Shown here in pieces: positions 39,797 to 49,609 of a stretch of DNA of 64,000 bases. The DNA is taken from positions 640,001 to 704,000 of the forward strand of contig CAVSHR010000002.1 of NCBI GenBank assembly GCA_963727625.1, read 5' to 3'. The notes beneath the pieces were generated by a model. The model was not told the DNA's origin. It made no database searches and was given only the letters and a program-made list of their open reading frames with translations. The stretch's first letter is position 1, and every line of letters starts with the position of its first letter. Origin of the DNA: an uncultured delta proteobacterium (GTDB lineage Bacteria; Desulfobacterota; Binatia; UBA9968). Position numbers and translations under genes: made by a program.

Positions 39797-40573
39797 GTGG
39801 CGATACTTGAGGTCCAAAATCTCGCCAAGAGTTATCGGCAAGCCGGCGGTGATGTCACCGAGGCGATCGGCAACATTACCTGCCAAATCGAGGCCGGCGA
39901 ATTCGTTTCGTTCGTCGGTCCGTCCGGCTGCGGCAAGACCACACTGCTAATGACCATCGCCGGCTTGCTCGCGTCGAGCTCGGGTCGCATTATCGTCAAC
40001 GGCAAAGAAGTGAACGGCCCGCCGGCGAACTTGGTATTAATCTTTCAAGAATACAACAAGTCGCTGTTCGCCTGGCGCACCGTGCTGGGTAACGTCCGCT
40101 TCGGTCTGGAAGCGCGCCGCGACCGCTCGGCCCGAGCCCTAGCCAAGGCGCGATCGCTGGTCGAACTCGTCGGGCTCAAAGGGTTCGAAGATCATTACCC
40201 CTGGGAGCTTTCCGGCGGCATGCAGCAGCGCGTGGCGATCGCCCGCGCGCTCGCCTACGAGCCCGAAATCTTGTTGATGGACGAACCCTTCGGCTCCCTG
40301 GATGCGCTGACTCGTTTGGAGCTTGAAGATAGCTTACTTGAACTCTGGTCGGAACTCAAAACGACGATCCTGTTTGTCACGCACGATATTGAAGAGGCGA
40401 TTTATCTCTCGGATCGGATCTGGGTTTTGAGCCGCAGGCCATCGCGGATCACCGAAGAATTGCCGATCGACTTTCCCCGCCCGCGCAACCAAGAGACGAC
40501 TCGCGCCGAAGCGCGCTTCATGGCAATGCGCAATGATATTTATCGCCGGATCAGCAATGCGGTGGCGCGGTGA
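39797..40573 (+). CDS. ABC transporter ATP-binding protein (NitT/TauT type)
   Basis: [27 protein letters not shown]. Confidence 0.95.
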   Translation: MAILEVQNLAKSYRQAGGDVTEAIGNITCQIEAGEFVSFVGPSGCGKTTLLMTIAGLLASSSGRIIVNGKEVNGPPANLVLIFQEYNKSLFAWRTVLGNVRFGLEARRDRSARALAKARSLVELVGLKGFEDHYPWELSGGMQQRVAIARALAYEPEILLMDEPFGSLDALTRLELEDSLLELWSELKTTILFVTHDIEEAIYLSDRIWVLSRRPSRITEELPIDFPRPRNQETTRAEARFMAMRNDIYRRISNAVAR

Positions 40574-41349
40574 GCAGAAGCTGGCAATTTAATGGGTCCG
40601 GCTGGGCGAGCTTCGCTGGATTGTTGTTGCTCTGGGAATTGGCCGCGCGCGTCGCGCCCGGCTATCAACTGTATCTGCCGCCGATCAGTCGAGTTTTGGC
40701 GGCGCTAGTAATATCGGTATCATCCGGGCCGTTGATTAGACACCTCGGTGTTACCATCGTCCGGTTCGCGGAAGGCTATCTTCTTGCTGCGGCGATCGGA
40801 GTTGCGTTGGGTATCGCGCTTGGCTACTTGCGCTTTCTGCATCGCTTGGTGGAAATTGTGATCGAATTCTTGCGGCCGATGCCGTCGGTGGCGATCATCC
40901 CCGTCGCTATCCTGACGCTTGGCATCGGCGATTCGATGATCGTGGCGGTCACGGTATACGCCACCCTCTGGCCAGTCTTGATCAACACCATCGACGGTGT
41001 GCGCCAGATCGAAAGGGTGTTGATCCACACCGGGCAGACTTTCGGACTAAGCCCGCTAAAGCTCTTGTGGCAGGTGATTTTGCCGGCCGCCACACCCTAT
41101 GTGGTGACCGGGTTGCGCATCGGTTTGTCCATCGCGCTGATCCTCGTCACCACCGCTGAAATGCTTGCCGGCAGCAAAGGCGTGGGCTTTTTTATCCTCG
41201 ACGAAGAACGGTCCATGAACAGCGACACTATGTATGCCGGTATTCTGCTCGTGGCTGCGCTTGGTTACACGCTCAATCGCGTTTTTTTATGCGTAGAAGC
41301 TAGAACGATGAAGTGGCGTCGCGGCACGATTGCGCGGGAAGCGGCCTGA
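40570..41349 (+). CDS. ABC transporter permease 1
   Basis: [18 protein letters not shown]...GLR; GTGA overlap with the ATPase gene. Confidence 0.92.
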   Translation: MSRSWQFNGSGWASFAGLLLLWELAARVAPGYQLYLPPISRVLAALVISVSSGPLIRHLGVTIVRFAEGYLLAAAIGVALGIALGYLRFLHRLVEIVIEFLRPMPSVAIIPVAILTLGIGDSMIVAVTVYATLWPVLINTIDGVRQIERVLIHTGQTFGLSPLKLLWQVILPAATPYVVTGLRIGLSIALILVTTAEMLAGSKGVGFFILDEERSMNSDTMYAGILLVAALGYTLNRVFLCVEARTMKWRRGTIAREAA

Positions 41350-41350
41350 G

Positions 41351-42118
41351 ATGCGCGCGGGCAAATTGAACGGCCTGTTGTTTTTATTGACGCTGCTCGT
41401 AGCTTGGGAGCTGGCGGCGCATGCGGAGTGGCTCAATCCGCTGGTGGTGCCGCCGCTCAGCAGGATTTTACGGATCTTTTGGGATCAAGTCGCGTCGGGC
41501 GAGATCCCGCTGCAGATGCTTTTGAGCATGAAGCGCGCCGCCGCCGGTTATTTTCTCGCCGCCCTGGTTTTCATTCCGCTTGGGCTCTTGATGGGCTTGT
41601 CCGAGCGCGTTCATCGCGCCCTTGAGGTTGTCGTCGAAATGCTTCGCCCGGTGCCGCCGCCGGTGATGATCCCCGTCGCCATGCTGTTTTTTGGTCTCGA
41701 CGACGGGATGAAAATCTTCGTGATTTTCTTTTCCTGCGCCTGGCCGATTTTGCTCAATACCATCGACGGCGTACGCAATCTCGACTGGGTGCTGTTGAAT
41801 ACGGCTAAAACCTTTCGGCTGTCGCCCGGCAAGGTCCTCTGGCGGGTCATTCTCCCGGCGGCATCGCCGCAAATCATGACCGGCTTGCGCGTCAGTCTGC
41901 CGATCATGCTGATTCTGGTGGTGATCTCGGAAATGGTCGGCAGCACCGACGGCATCGGTTATTTCATTCTCGATTCGCAGAGAAGATTCAAAGTTGCGCA
42001 GATGTATGCTGGAATGCTGTCGCTGGCGATCCTCGGCTACCTGCTCAACCAGCTTTTCAATTTACTTCACCGCAGGCTGCTTTCGTGGCATTGGTGCACG
42101 ATGAGAAGGGGGGAGTAA
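41351..42118 (+). CDS. ABC transporter permease 2
   Basis: LRPVPP, ILPAASPQIMTGLR, SEMVGS; ATG 1 nt after the upstream stop. Confidence 0.92.
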   Translation: MRAGKLNGLLFLLTLLVAWELAAHAEWLNPLVVPPLSRILRIFWDQVASGEIPLQMLLSMKRAAAGYFLAALVFIPLGLLMGLSERVHRALEVVVEMLRPVPPPVMIPVAMLFFGLDDGMKIFVIFFSCAWPILLNTIDGVRNLDWVLLNTAKTFRLSPGKVLWRVILPAASPQIMTGLRVSLPIMLILVVISEMVGSTDGIGYFILDSQRRFKVAQMYAGMLSLAILGYLLNQLFNLLHRRLLSWHWCTMRRGE

Positions 42119-42133
42119 GGGAGTTTGGAGTCG

Positions 42134-42182
42134 TGGAGTGATGGGTTCTGGAAGCGTAGCACTTCAGTACTCCATCACTCCA
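42134..42182. repeat. Inverted repeat between convergent genes (possible terminator)
   Basis: TGGAGTGATGG ... CCATCACTCCA, 11-bp perfect arms. Confidence 0.55.
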
Positions 42183-42195
42183 ATCTTCTGAGTGG

Positions 42196-43107
42196 CTAGA
42201 CGATATGCATACCGCCGCCGGGAGGCGGCGTCGGTTGATTCTTGCCGGGCAGCCAGTCCACTTCCTTGCGCGGGCTGTTGCCTTTCACGGCAAACTTGGC
42301 CCGGCCCATGTTTTCGAACTCGATTTCGATGGTGTCGCCGGCATTCACCGGCATCAAACCTTCGTGAAAAGTGCCGGTTGCGACTACGTCGCCCGGAGTT
42401 AGGCGGATAAACTTCGTCAGCCAGGCGATCTGATTGGGAATCTTATGGGCCATCGCGCTGGTGTTGTAATTCTGCCGCGGTTGGCCGTTGTTCCACGATT
42501 TCACGATCACGTTGTGCGGATCGGGAATTTCATCCTTGGTGATGATCCACGGACCGCAGCAGCCGTGGCTGCCTTGGCCCTTGCCGATGAACTGCGTGCG
42601 CCGTATCAGGCCGCGCGTCGAGATGTCGAACATCGGGACGTAGCCGAAAACATAATCCAGCGCCTTGTTGGCGGGAACATTTTCCGCCGCCTTGCCGATA
42701 ACGAAGGCAAATTCGGCCTCGGGCTGATAGACCACGCAAGCCGGGATATCTCTCAGTTCGACGGCGTCGCCGGGTCCGACCAGATCGGGCGACTTGTAAA
42801 AATATTCATTGGGAAAATTGTCCGCGGTGCGGCCGGGGCGATCGATGTAGTTGCTAAACGCGGCGAGGAACTTGCCGGGGCGGGCCAGCGGCGAGCGCAG
42901 CTGCACGCTGTCGAGCGGCACGCCGCTCTGAGTTGCCATGATTTTTTCGAAACGGCGCCGATACTTGCGCCAGCCCTCGATAACTTCTTCCATGACCCGC
43001 TGCGGCCCTTTGGCCTTGCGAGCGCTCACGCTGTCGCTAACGTCGACGACCATGGTCCCGTCTTTAATGACGCCGATTCGGTCATCGTTGAATCGTAGAA
43101 TCTTCAA
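42196..43107 (-). CDS. Fumarylacetoacetate hydrolase family protein
   Basis: EAEFAFVIGK, YVFGY...DIS.R, GPWIITKDEI, PGDVVATGT; TTG start with AAGGAG SD. Confidence 0.9.
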   Translation of the reverse strand: MKILRFNDDRIGVIKDGTMVVDVSDSVSARKAKGPQRVMEEVIEGWRKYRRRFEKIMATQSGVPLDSVQLRSPLARPGKFLAAFSNYIDRPGRTADNFPNEYFYKSPDLVGPGDAVELRDIPACVVYQPEAEFAFVIGKAAENVPANKALDYVFGYVPMFDISTRGLIRRTQFIGKGQGSHGCCGPWIITKDEIPDPHNVIVKSWNNGQPRQNYNTSAMAHKIPNQIAWLTKFIRLTPGDVVATGTFHEGLMPVNAGDTIEIEFENMGRAKFAVKGNSPRKEVDWLPGKNQPTPPPGGGMHIV

Positions 43108-43262
43108 AGTTATCTCCTTCCCTGCGCGAAATTGCGCATATCATTCCTACAACCCGGTGTTGTTGTCAATCCAAAATCGACAAAATTCGACGCCGATAAA
43201 CGATTAAGCAATCAGCTTTTCAAACTGTCTGGATTGTTGTAATTCAATGTCAGGAGGATTCT

Positions 43263-44351
43263 ATGCTGCTGATCAACAACCAGGAAGTTGAAAAGCTTTT
43301 CTCGATGAAAGACTGTCTCGCTGCGCTCGAAGACGGCTACGACGATTTGCTCAAGGGCGACGCGGTCTATCGGCCGCGCTTGGATTTATGGATGCCCTGC
43401 GACCGGCCGGACGGTTATTGGCGTTGGGGCACGATGGAAGGGGCGAGCCGCAAGATCGGCGTGTTCGCGATTCGCATGAAGTCCGATGTCGTCTACTGGC
43501 CCAACGGAGCGACCGAAGAAAAATATTGCATGCAGCCTGGCACCTGGTGCGGTTTGGTGATGGTCTTCAGCGTACGCAACGGGGAACCTTTGGCGATGAT
43601 CAACGACGGCTTGTTACAGCATATGCGCGTCGGTGGTTGCGCCGGCTTGGGTGCGAAGTATATTTCGCGCGAGGATGCCTGCGATGTCGGCATTTTCGGC
43701 TCGGGCGGCATGGCGCGCAGTTACCTGGAGGCGTTTTATGAAGTTCGCAAGCTCAAGCGGGTAAAAGTCTACAGTCCGACCAAAGCGAACCGCGAGCGTT
43801 TCGCCCGCGAGATGACCGGCAAGCTGGACATCGAAGTTCTGGCCGTCGACGAGCCGGAAAAAGTCGTACGCGAAGCAGATATCGTGGCGACCTGCACGGA
43901 CTCGACGCGGACGGTGTTCGACGAACCGGAGTGGCTCAAGGAAGGGGCGCACATTACCTCGGTGCGCGCCTGCGAGGTCGGGCCCCGAGTGATCAAGAGA
44001 TGCGATCTATCGGTCAAACTCGGAAAGAACACTATCGAAGCGATGGACGAAGGCATGATTCGCTTGCACGGCAACGTCGGTTACATCGCGGGACAGCCGG
44101 AGGAGCGCGCGCGCATACCCAACCCGGCCGTGGATAATTACAAGGGCGATTTCTTCAAGTACTTCATGGATGTCCGTTCGGGCAAGGTGCGTGGCAGGAT
44201 CAATAATCAGCAGGTCACTTATTTCATCAATGCCGGTACCCAGGGGCTTCAATTCGCTGCATGCGCGGGGAAAGTTGTCGAACTGGCGAAGAAACAGAAA
44301 GTCGGGCGCGAGCTGCCGACCGAATGGTTCTTGCAGGACATAAGGGATTAA
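43263..44351 (+). CDS. Ornithine cyclodeaminase / mu-crystallin family protein
   Basis: GEPLAMINDG...MRVG, GIFGSGGMA, ADIV..CTDS, GTQGLQFAA. Confidence 0.88.
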   Translation: MLLINNQEVEKLFSMKDCLAALEDGYDDLLKGDAVYRPRLDLWMPCDRPDGYWRWGTMEGASRKIGVFAIRMKSDVVYWPNGATEEKYCMQPGTWCGLVMVFSVRNGEPLAMINDGLLQHMRVGGCAGLGAKYISREDACDVGIFGSGGMARSYLEAFYEVRKLKRVKVYSPTKANRERFAREMTGKLDIEVLAVDEPEKVVREADIVATCTDSTRTVFDEPEWLKEGAHITSVRACEVGPRVIKRCDLSVKLGKNTIEAMDEGMIRLHGNVGYIAGQPEERARIPNPAVDNYKGDFFKYFMDVRSGKVRGRINNQQVTYFINAGTQGLQFAACAGKVVELAKKQKVGRELPTEWFLQDIRD

Positions 44352-44360
44352 TCCGTTTTG

Positions 44361-44419
44361 GGTTTCGTGCCTTGGGTTTGGCGTTGTCCTGGCGATTTGT
44401 GAACTCGAAACACGAAACC
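44361..44419. repeat. Imperfect inverted repeat after the OCD gene
   Basis: GGTTTCGTG (44361) pairs with CACGAAACC (44411). Confidence 0.45.
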
Positions 44420-44429
44420 TGAAGCGACC

Positions 44430-44477
44430 TCAATATCCCAGATCCTCAATCTCTTCCTGGTCTATTCCGAAGTCGTG
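44430..44477 (-). repeat. Diverged duplicate of the last 16 codons of the zincin gene (island left junction)
   Basis: 39/48 identical by manual alignment to 49221-49268; translates HDFGIDQEEIEDLGY* versus HYFGMDEEDIEDLGY*. Confidence 0.85.
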
Positions 44478-44559
44478 GCGACCTATTCAGAACCCTAACT
44501 TTTTTTGGGTTTCATCTTTAGGTGACCTCCTAGGTCCCGTGTGTTATTCTAATTTTGTT

Positions 44560-47500
44560 ATGACGGTATTGGTTGGACAACCCATCGATGCACGTGAATT
44601 GGAGCAAGCCATAAGCCAGTGGTCGCCGGATAAGTTTGCTTCCATGTGCAACGATCTGGTTTGGGCTATTTCCGGTCGCCGGTGGCCGGGGATGCCGTCC
44701 TTTACGGAACGCGTCAATGCTGCTGACGGCGGGATCGATGCAGAGTGGGAGGTAGAAGTTTCGGATGGAGACAGCGTAGTCCCGACTCCGATTATCGGTC
44801 CAGGTTGGAACGTTTTCCAGTACAAAAAACGTGATCTCATCGCCCAGGATCGAAAACGCATCATTTCCAATGTTAAATCAGACCTGAAGGGAGCTGTCAC
44901 TAACCTTACACGAGCGCGCCAGCGGCTTCCAAGTCGTTACGTATTGTTTTTGAATGTCGATTTGAAGCATGACCAAACCGTAGCTCTAAAAAGTGCAATA
45001 CTGGAAGGGTACGACCGGGCATTGGGGGTTCACGTCGAGGTTATCGGGGCGGCTGAAATTGCCACCTTCTTAAATGACCAACCGCACCTTAGAGCGGCTT
45101 ATTTTTCTCCGCTCGCTTTCAAAACCTGGGAGGAAGCTAATCGCTCTCACCGCAATCAAAAGCTTTTCGGTTTCGACGTAGCATTGGTAGGTCGAGAGGG
45201 TCTGCTAACACGACTAAGGGATTTGGTTGATGCTCCCCATATTGCCGTGATTGTGGTTTCAGGACCACACGATATTGGGAAGAGTCGTCTTGTCCTTGAG
45301 GCCACTCATCATCGACCTCAGGATATTGTTTTTGCAGTTGATCCCCGCTCCATGAAGATTGATGACTATCGTAATCTCGTCGCAGAGCGGCGCAATGTTG
45401 TGTGCGTTGTCGAAGATCCCGATCCAGAACGAGTTGAACGGCTTATCAACGAAATTCTGGGCATCGAACGACTAAAAATAATAATTACTGTTCCGAATTC
45501 AGAGCAGATGCCGCCAATCTCGTATGGTTTGGATAACCGAGTAGAGTCATTATTTGTCGAGGGTTTAAGCGACGAAAACGCGCGTAAACTTCTACTGTCC
45601 ACACAGAAGCATCTAGACTTTGGTGTTGAGTCCTGGATTTTGGATCGAGCGGGCGGCAATCCCGGAATTTTGCTTGCAGCGGCAACGGTGGCAGAGACGC
45701 TACGAACCGAGTCTGGAAACTTTGAAACGGGCGTTGGGCAGGAATTTGCGAGACGGATCGAATTAGAGCTGAGTGGAAACTCGCTAAAATGTGCAGAGCT
45801 ATTATCCCCATTGACCCACGTTGGTATTTCAGGACGGTTCGAAAAGGAAATCCGCGCAATCTGCGATATCTTTGGTGACGGGCATTGGAATCTGACTGAG
45901 GTCTTTTCCGAACTAGAGAGTTTGGAAAAGACGGGATTGGCAAAAAGAGGGGGATCGTTTGCCGAGATTTCGATACCGTTTCTAGCTAATCATCTTGTAT
46001 CAGCGCTACTTCGCGGTCGAAAGGATGAATTATTCGCTCTCTTTGCAAGGTTAGAACAAGCAGGGAGAGTGAGACTGATCAGGCGCCTCTCGCAGGTCAC
46101 AAGCCCCGAAGTAAACCATTTTTGGGACGCCCTATTCGATCCTAACGACTCGCAAGCTCCGTTCGGCACTCTGTCATCTGCGTTGAATCAGTCGCAAATG
46201 CTGCGATTCATTGCTGGTGCCGCACCAGAAAAAACAATCGTCTTGTTAGAAAAAAGCCTGCTTGGAACAAGTCACGAGGACAGGTTAGCGATAACCGGTG
46301 ATGCGCGCCGGGAGATCATGTGGGCCCTTGAACAACTTCTTTTTCGGGCAAAGACTAGTCGGCGCGCTTTAACATTGGTCTGGCTTTTGGCTGAAGCGGA
46401 GACTGAAACCTGGGGCAATAACGCCACTGGTGTCTTGTTAGAGTGTTTTCATCCTTTGCATAGCCAGATGCCTCTGCCACTGGATGAGAGATTGGCGGCC
46501 TTGCGTGAATTTACGTCAGCTTCGGGTTCTAGAGACGGAGCACTCGTCGCGATTCGAGCCGCAGGAAAGGCTCTGAGCCAACGTGCTGTTGGACTTCGAC
46601 ACAGCATGGGAACCGCGCCGTTAGATAAGAGGCCGGTTTTTACTTATGGAGATTTGTACGACTATGCTCGTGATGTAATAGACCATCTCTTCTCGATCGC
46701 GGAATCTGCAGAGAACGAGATTGCCCACGCTGCGGTGGAACAATTGCCAACCTTAGTATCAGAACTGGCCACTCAGGGGCGACCGAAAGAAGCATTAGAG
46801 CGCCTTAACAAATTAGTCGCTTGGGCAGTATCAGAAAAGCCAGGAGTAAGCATCGCGTCTTTGTACAGGGTCCTTCACTTTGTTCGGCGAGTCTTTCTTG
46901 AACGCGCCCAAAAAAAGGACACCGATGCTAATGGACGTGAAGAATTTCAACAGCATGTTAAGGATCTTGAGCGCTTAGTTTACAGTCTGGAAAGTGGCGG
47001 CTTCTCTGTGAGACTAAAGAGATGGGCTAGCGGATGGCATTCAAAAGACCATGAAGAATTACTGATTAATGGGCAGAAAGTGTATCGATCAGAATACGAA
47101 CTGGAGAATTTAGCTAAAGAGTTATTATCGAATTCTGCGTTGTTGACCCCACAGATACTTTCGTGGCTTGTTTCTGGTGAGGCGAACCAATCTCATCAGT
47201 TCTTCTATCACTTGGGCAGATTGGATGTAGAAGGTTGTTTTCGCTCCAAGATGGTGAAGATTGGAACTGACAGTCGTGGATCAATAGCTTTTGCTTCGTA
47301 TTGGGGAGGTCAGGCAGAAATTGACCGAAGAAAAGCAGAGGCACGGCTAGAAGAACTCGCAAGTTTGGGGGCCATTGCTGGTAAAGCGTCTATTGCTACG
47401 GCCGCGCGCTTGGGACCGAGCAAATTAAGTCTACAAATAGTTCGGCATGAAATCTCAGTGGGTCGCGTCTCCTCCAATGACGTGTCTGAAATTCTCTATG

Positions 47501-48531
47501 GGGACTGGATCGAAAAGCTATCACCAGACGATTTGTTGAGCTTGCTAGAGATCATTGCAGGAAAGCAGTTCGAAAATGCAAAGGTAATAACTAATGTACT
47601 TACGAGGTGGATACACCACGATAAATCACTGGAGGGTCCGCTTGGGGAGTTTGCGTGGAAATGTCTGGAAGTTATGCCACCTGTTTTAGGCAACGAAGCT
47701 TACGATTGCGATCAAGTTGCTTCAAAATTGGCTCAAATAGACCCTGAACGGGGGTTTAAACTTCTTGAGAGCCTTTTGATGCAGCCTGAGGACAGACGAA
47801 GCTGGTGTCCGATAGATCGTTATGTGGGTGGAAACGATTTTTGGAGTGTCTTGCACAAATCTGACCCCCGGAAAGCCCTGCGGACGGTTTTTTATGTCGC
47901 TTTGCAAGACCCCTTGTACGGCTTCCGTGTGACGTGGAATCTTGAAGAATTGTTGAATCAAGCAGCTGACGCAGACATGTTGCTTGAGTTTGCTCTCGAA
48001 GCCGAGAATCACGCAATCCTAGTTGCTGAAAGCATCACAAGTGCCAAAGACGGCTTTTGGCCAATTGCTTTTGGTATTGTTCAGAAGTTTCCTACCAGTG
48101 AGAAGGTGCGGAATGCACTTACGCAGGGCGTCGAGCAAATGGGTCGCATTATAGAAGGCCCGTATTCACAACATACTGAGGCGTGCCGCAGAGAAGTTGA
48201 GAAAAGGCTGAGGGATCCAGGTACTCCAGCGGCAGCTCGCCCCTGGCTTCAGGATATCCTGGGCCGCCTAGAGGAAGAAATAGCTCAACATACCATTTGG
48301 GAATATGACGAAGACGCGAACGACCTACGACGATATATAGAAATTGAAGACAAAACTTCTCCTGAAAGGATTTGGGCTATATCGCGTGTCTTAAAGTATG
48401 CAGACTGGAAGGACGTAAGAAGGATGTTGACGGTTGAAGATATTGAGGACGTTCTCCCTCAAGTGGATTTACCTGAGAGAAAGCGTAAGGCATTAGAAAA
48501 AGCGCTGGAGGTTTGGCGTAGTGGAGTCTAA
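44560..48531 (+). CDS. Restriction-endonuclease-like / STAND-type NTPase / helical-repeat protein with a C-terminal antitoxin-like domain
   Basis: DGGID...FQYK (Mrr-like PD-(D/E)xK variant), Walker A GPHDIGKS, Walker B-like VCVVED, GGNPG, long helical region, C-terminal WEYD...WAISRVLKYADWKDV...ALEVW. Start could be GTG 44539. Confidence 0.75.
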   Translation: MTVLVGQPIDARELEQAISQWSPDKFASMCNDLVWAISGRRWPGMPSFTERVNAADGGIDAEWEVEVSDGDSVVPTPIIGPGWNVFQYKKRDLIAQDRKRIISNVKSDLKGAVTNLTRARQRLPSRYVLFLNVDLKHDQTVALKSAILEGYDRALGVHVEVIGAAEIATFLNDQPHLRAAYFSPLAFKTWEEANRSHRNQKLFGFDVALVGREGLLTRLRDLVDAPHIAVIVVSGPHDIGKSRLVLEATHHRPQDIVFAVDPRSMKIDDYRNLVAERRNVVCVVEDPDPERVERLINEILGIERLKIIITVPNSEQMPPISYGLDNRVESLFVEGLSDENARKLLLSTQKHLDFGVESWILDRAGGNPGILLAAATVAETLRTESGNFETGVGQEFARRIELELSGNSLKCAELLSPLTHVGISGRFEKEIRAICDIFGDGHWNLTEVFSELESLEKTGLAKRGGSFAEISIPFLANHLVSALLRGRKDELFALFARLEQAGRVRLIRRLSQVTSPEVNHFWDALFDPNDSQAPFGTLSSALNQSQMLRFIAGAAPEKTIVLLEKSLLGTSHEDRLAITGDARREIMWALEQLLFRAKTSRRALTLVWLLAEAETETWGNNATGVLLECFHPLHSQMPLPLDERLAALREFTSASGSRDGALVAIRAAGKALSQRAVGLRHSMGTAPLDKRPVFTYGDLYDYARDVIDHLFSIAESAENEIAHAAVEQLPTLVSELATQGRPKEALERLNKLVAWAVSEKPGVSIASLYRVLHFVRRVFLERAQKKDTDANGREEFQQHVKDLERLVYSLESGGFSVRLKRWASGWHSKDHEELLINGQKVYRSEYELENLAKELLSNSALLTPQILSWLVSGEANQSHQFFYHLGRLDVEGCFRSKMVKIGTDSRGSIAFASYWGGQAEIDRRKAEARLEELASLGAIAGKASIATAARLGPSKLSLQIVRHEISVGRVSSNDVSEILYGDWIEKLSPDDLLSLLEIIAGKQFENAKVITNVLTRWIHHDKSLEGPLGEFAWKCLEVMPPVLGNEAYDCDQVASKLAQIDPERGFKLLESLLMQPEDRRSWCPIDRYVGGNDFWSVLHKSDPRKALRTVFYVALQDPLYGFRVTWNLEELLNQAADADMLLEFALEAENHAILVAESITSAKDGFWPIAFGIVQKFPTSEKVRNALTQGVEQMGRIIEGPYSQHTEACRREVEKRLRDPGTPAAARPWLQDILGRLEEEIAQHTIWEYDEDANDLRRYIEIEDKTSPERIWAISRVLKYADWKDVRRMLTVEDIEDVLPQVDLPERKRKALEKALEVWRSGV

Positions 48532-48535
48532 GGTA

Positions 48536-49213
48536 ATGACTCCATTCCAAACAAGGGTCCTAGAGACTCTTTTTGAAAGTGGTCTCAGCGACCTCGGTTA
48601 TTTTTTTACCGGTGGGACAGCACTCGCTGAATTCTATCTTCAACACAGATTTTCCGACGATCTAGATATATTCATTAGAGAACATCAAAGCATAAAGGGT
48701 GATTTTACCAGCGTCAAACGACTCTTGGAGGAGAAATCATTCGAAGTGTTTTCGGAAGTGGCGGGAGATGAATTTGTTCGATTCTTCGTACGTGACTCTG
48801 AGGAGACGGGGCCCGGTCTAAAAGTTGAGTTGGCGAGACAGGCGGGGGTTCAATTGAGTCCGAGCATGGCCGTCGGCAAGATTGTGGTGGATTCATTTGA
48901 GGATATAGCCGTCAATAAAATTTGTGCGATCTACGGAAGGATTGAAGTCAAGGATTTTGTAGACTTGTTCTTCATACTAAGACAATCAAATTTCTCTCTC
49001 GATTACCTGGTTGCCCGGGCCAAGGAGAAAGACGCCGACTTCGAAAGAGAAGATACGGTACTCGAATTTGCCACGCGGCTTTTGGCCGTGGGAGAATTGC
49101 AATTGCATCAAATCCGGATGATTAAGTCATTGTCATTGGATGATCTCCGGTCTTATCTTAGACCTAAGGCGGAGGAATTGATTAGACTGTTTCGTCCGGC
49201 AAGGGTGCCATAA
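48536..49213 (+). CDS. AbiEii/DUF1814-family nucleotidyltransferase toxin
   Basis: FFTGGTALAEFYLQHRFSDDLD and NKICAIYGR...KDFVDLF motifs. Alternative GTG start at 48521 overlaps the upstream stop. Confidence 0.9.
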   Translation: MTPFQTRVLETLFESGLSDLGYFFTGGTALAEFYLQHRFSDDLDIFIREHQSIKGDFTSVKRLLEEKSFEVFSEVAGDEFVRFFVRDSEETGPGLKVELARQAGVQLSPSMAVGKIVVDSFEDIAVNKICAIYGRIEVKDFVDLFFILRQSNFSLDYLVARAKEKDADFEREDTVLEFATRLLAVGELQLHQIRMIKSLSLDDLRSYLRPKAEELIRLFRPARVP

Positions 49214-49220
49214 AATCGTT

Positions 49221-49589
49221 TCAGTACCCCAGATCCTCGATGTCTTCTTCGTCCATGCCGAAGTAGTGAGCGATCTCATGCAACACCGTGAGGCGAATCT
49301 CTTCGCGAAGCTTAACCGGATCGGCAAAGTCACGCAGCAACGGTTCGGCGAAGATGGTTATTTTATCCGGCAACAGCGGCGGTTCGAGGCTGGATCGTTC
49401 GGGGAGAGGAACGCCTTGATAGAGCCCGTAAAGCGTATCGTGACGCGGGTCGAGCCCTTCGGCGCGCAAGAGCTTCGGACTTGCTCTTCCCTCGACGACG
49501 AATTCCAGATTGCGCAACTGGGCCCGGAAGCGGCGCGGTAGCCGGTCCACAATTTTGGCCACTTCTTCCGTGATTTGATGGATGTCCAA
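49221..49589 (-). CDS. Minimal zincin-like metallopeptidase
   Basis: LYGLYQGVPL.ER...PDKITIF...TVLHEIAHYFG (HExxH). Confidence 0.9.
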   Translation of the reverse strand: MDIHQITEEVAKIVDRLPRRFRAQLRNLEFVVEGRASPKLLRAEGLDPRHDTLYGLYQGVPLPERSSLEPPLLPDKITIFAEPLLRDFADPVKLREEIRLTVLHEIAHYFGMDEEDIEDLGY

Positions 49590-49609
49590 CGCCGCTGAGT
49601 TTCCCGCAA

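Larger units (their letters stand above)
44430..49268. mobile_element. Horizontally acquired two-gene putative defence islet (no integrase)
   Basis: Visibly AT-richer than flanks, bounded by the diverged direct repeat, defence-type cargo. Confidence 0.7.

Noticed and set aside
44430-49268. Prophage or ICE interpretation of the islet
   Set aside because: No integrase, transposase, tRNA target or phage genes.
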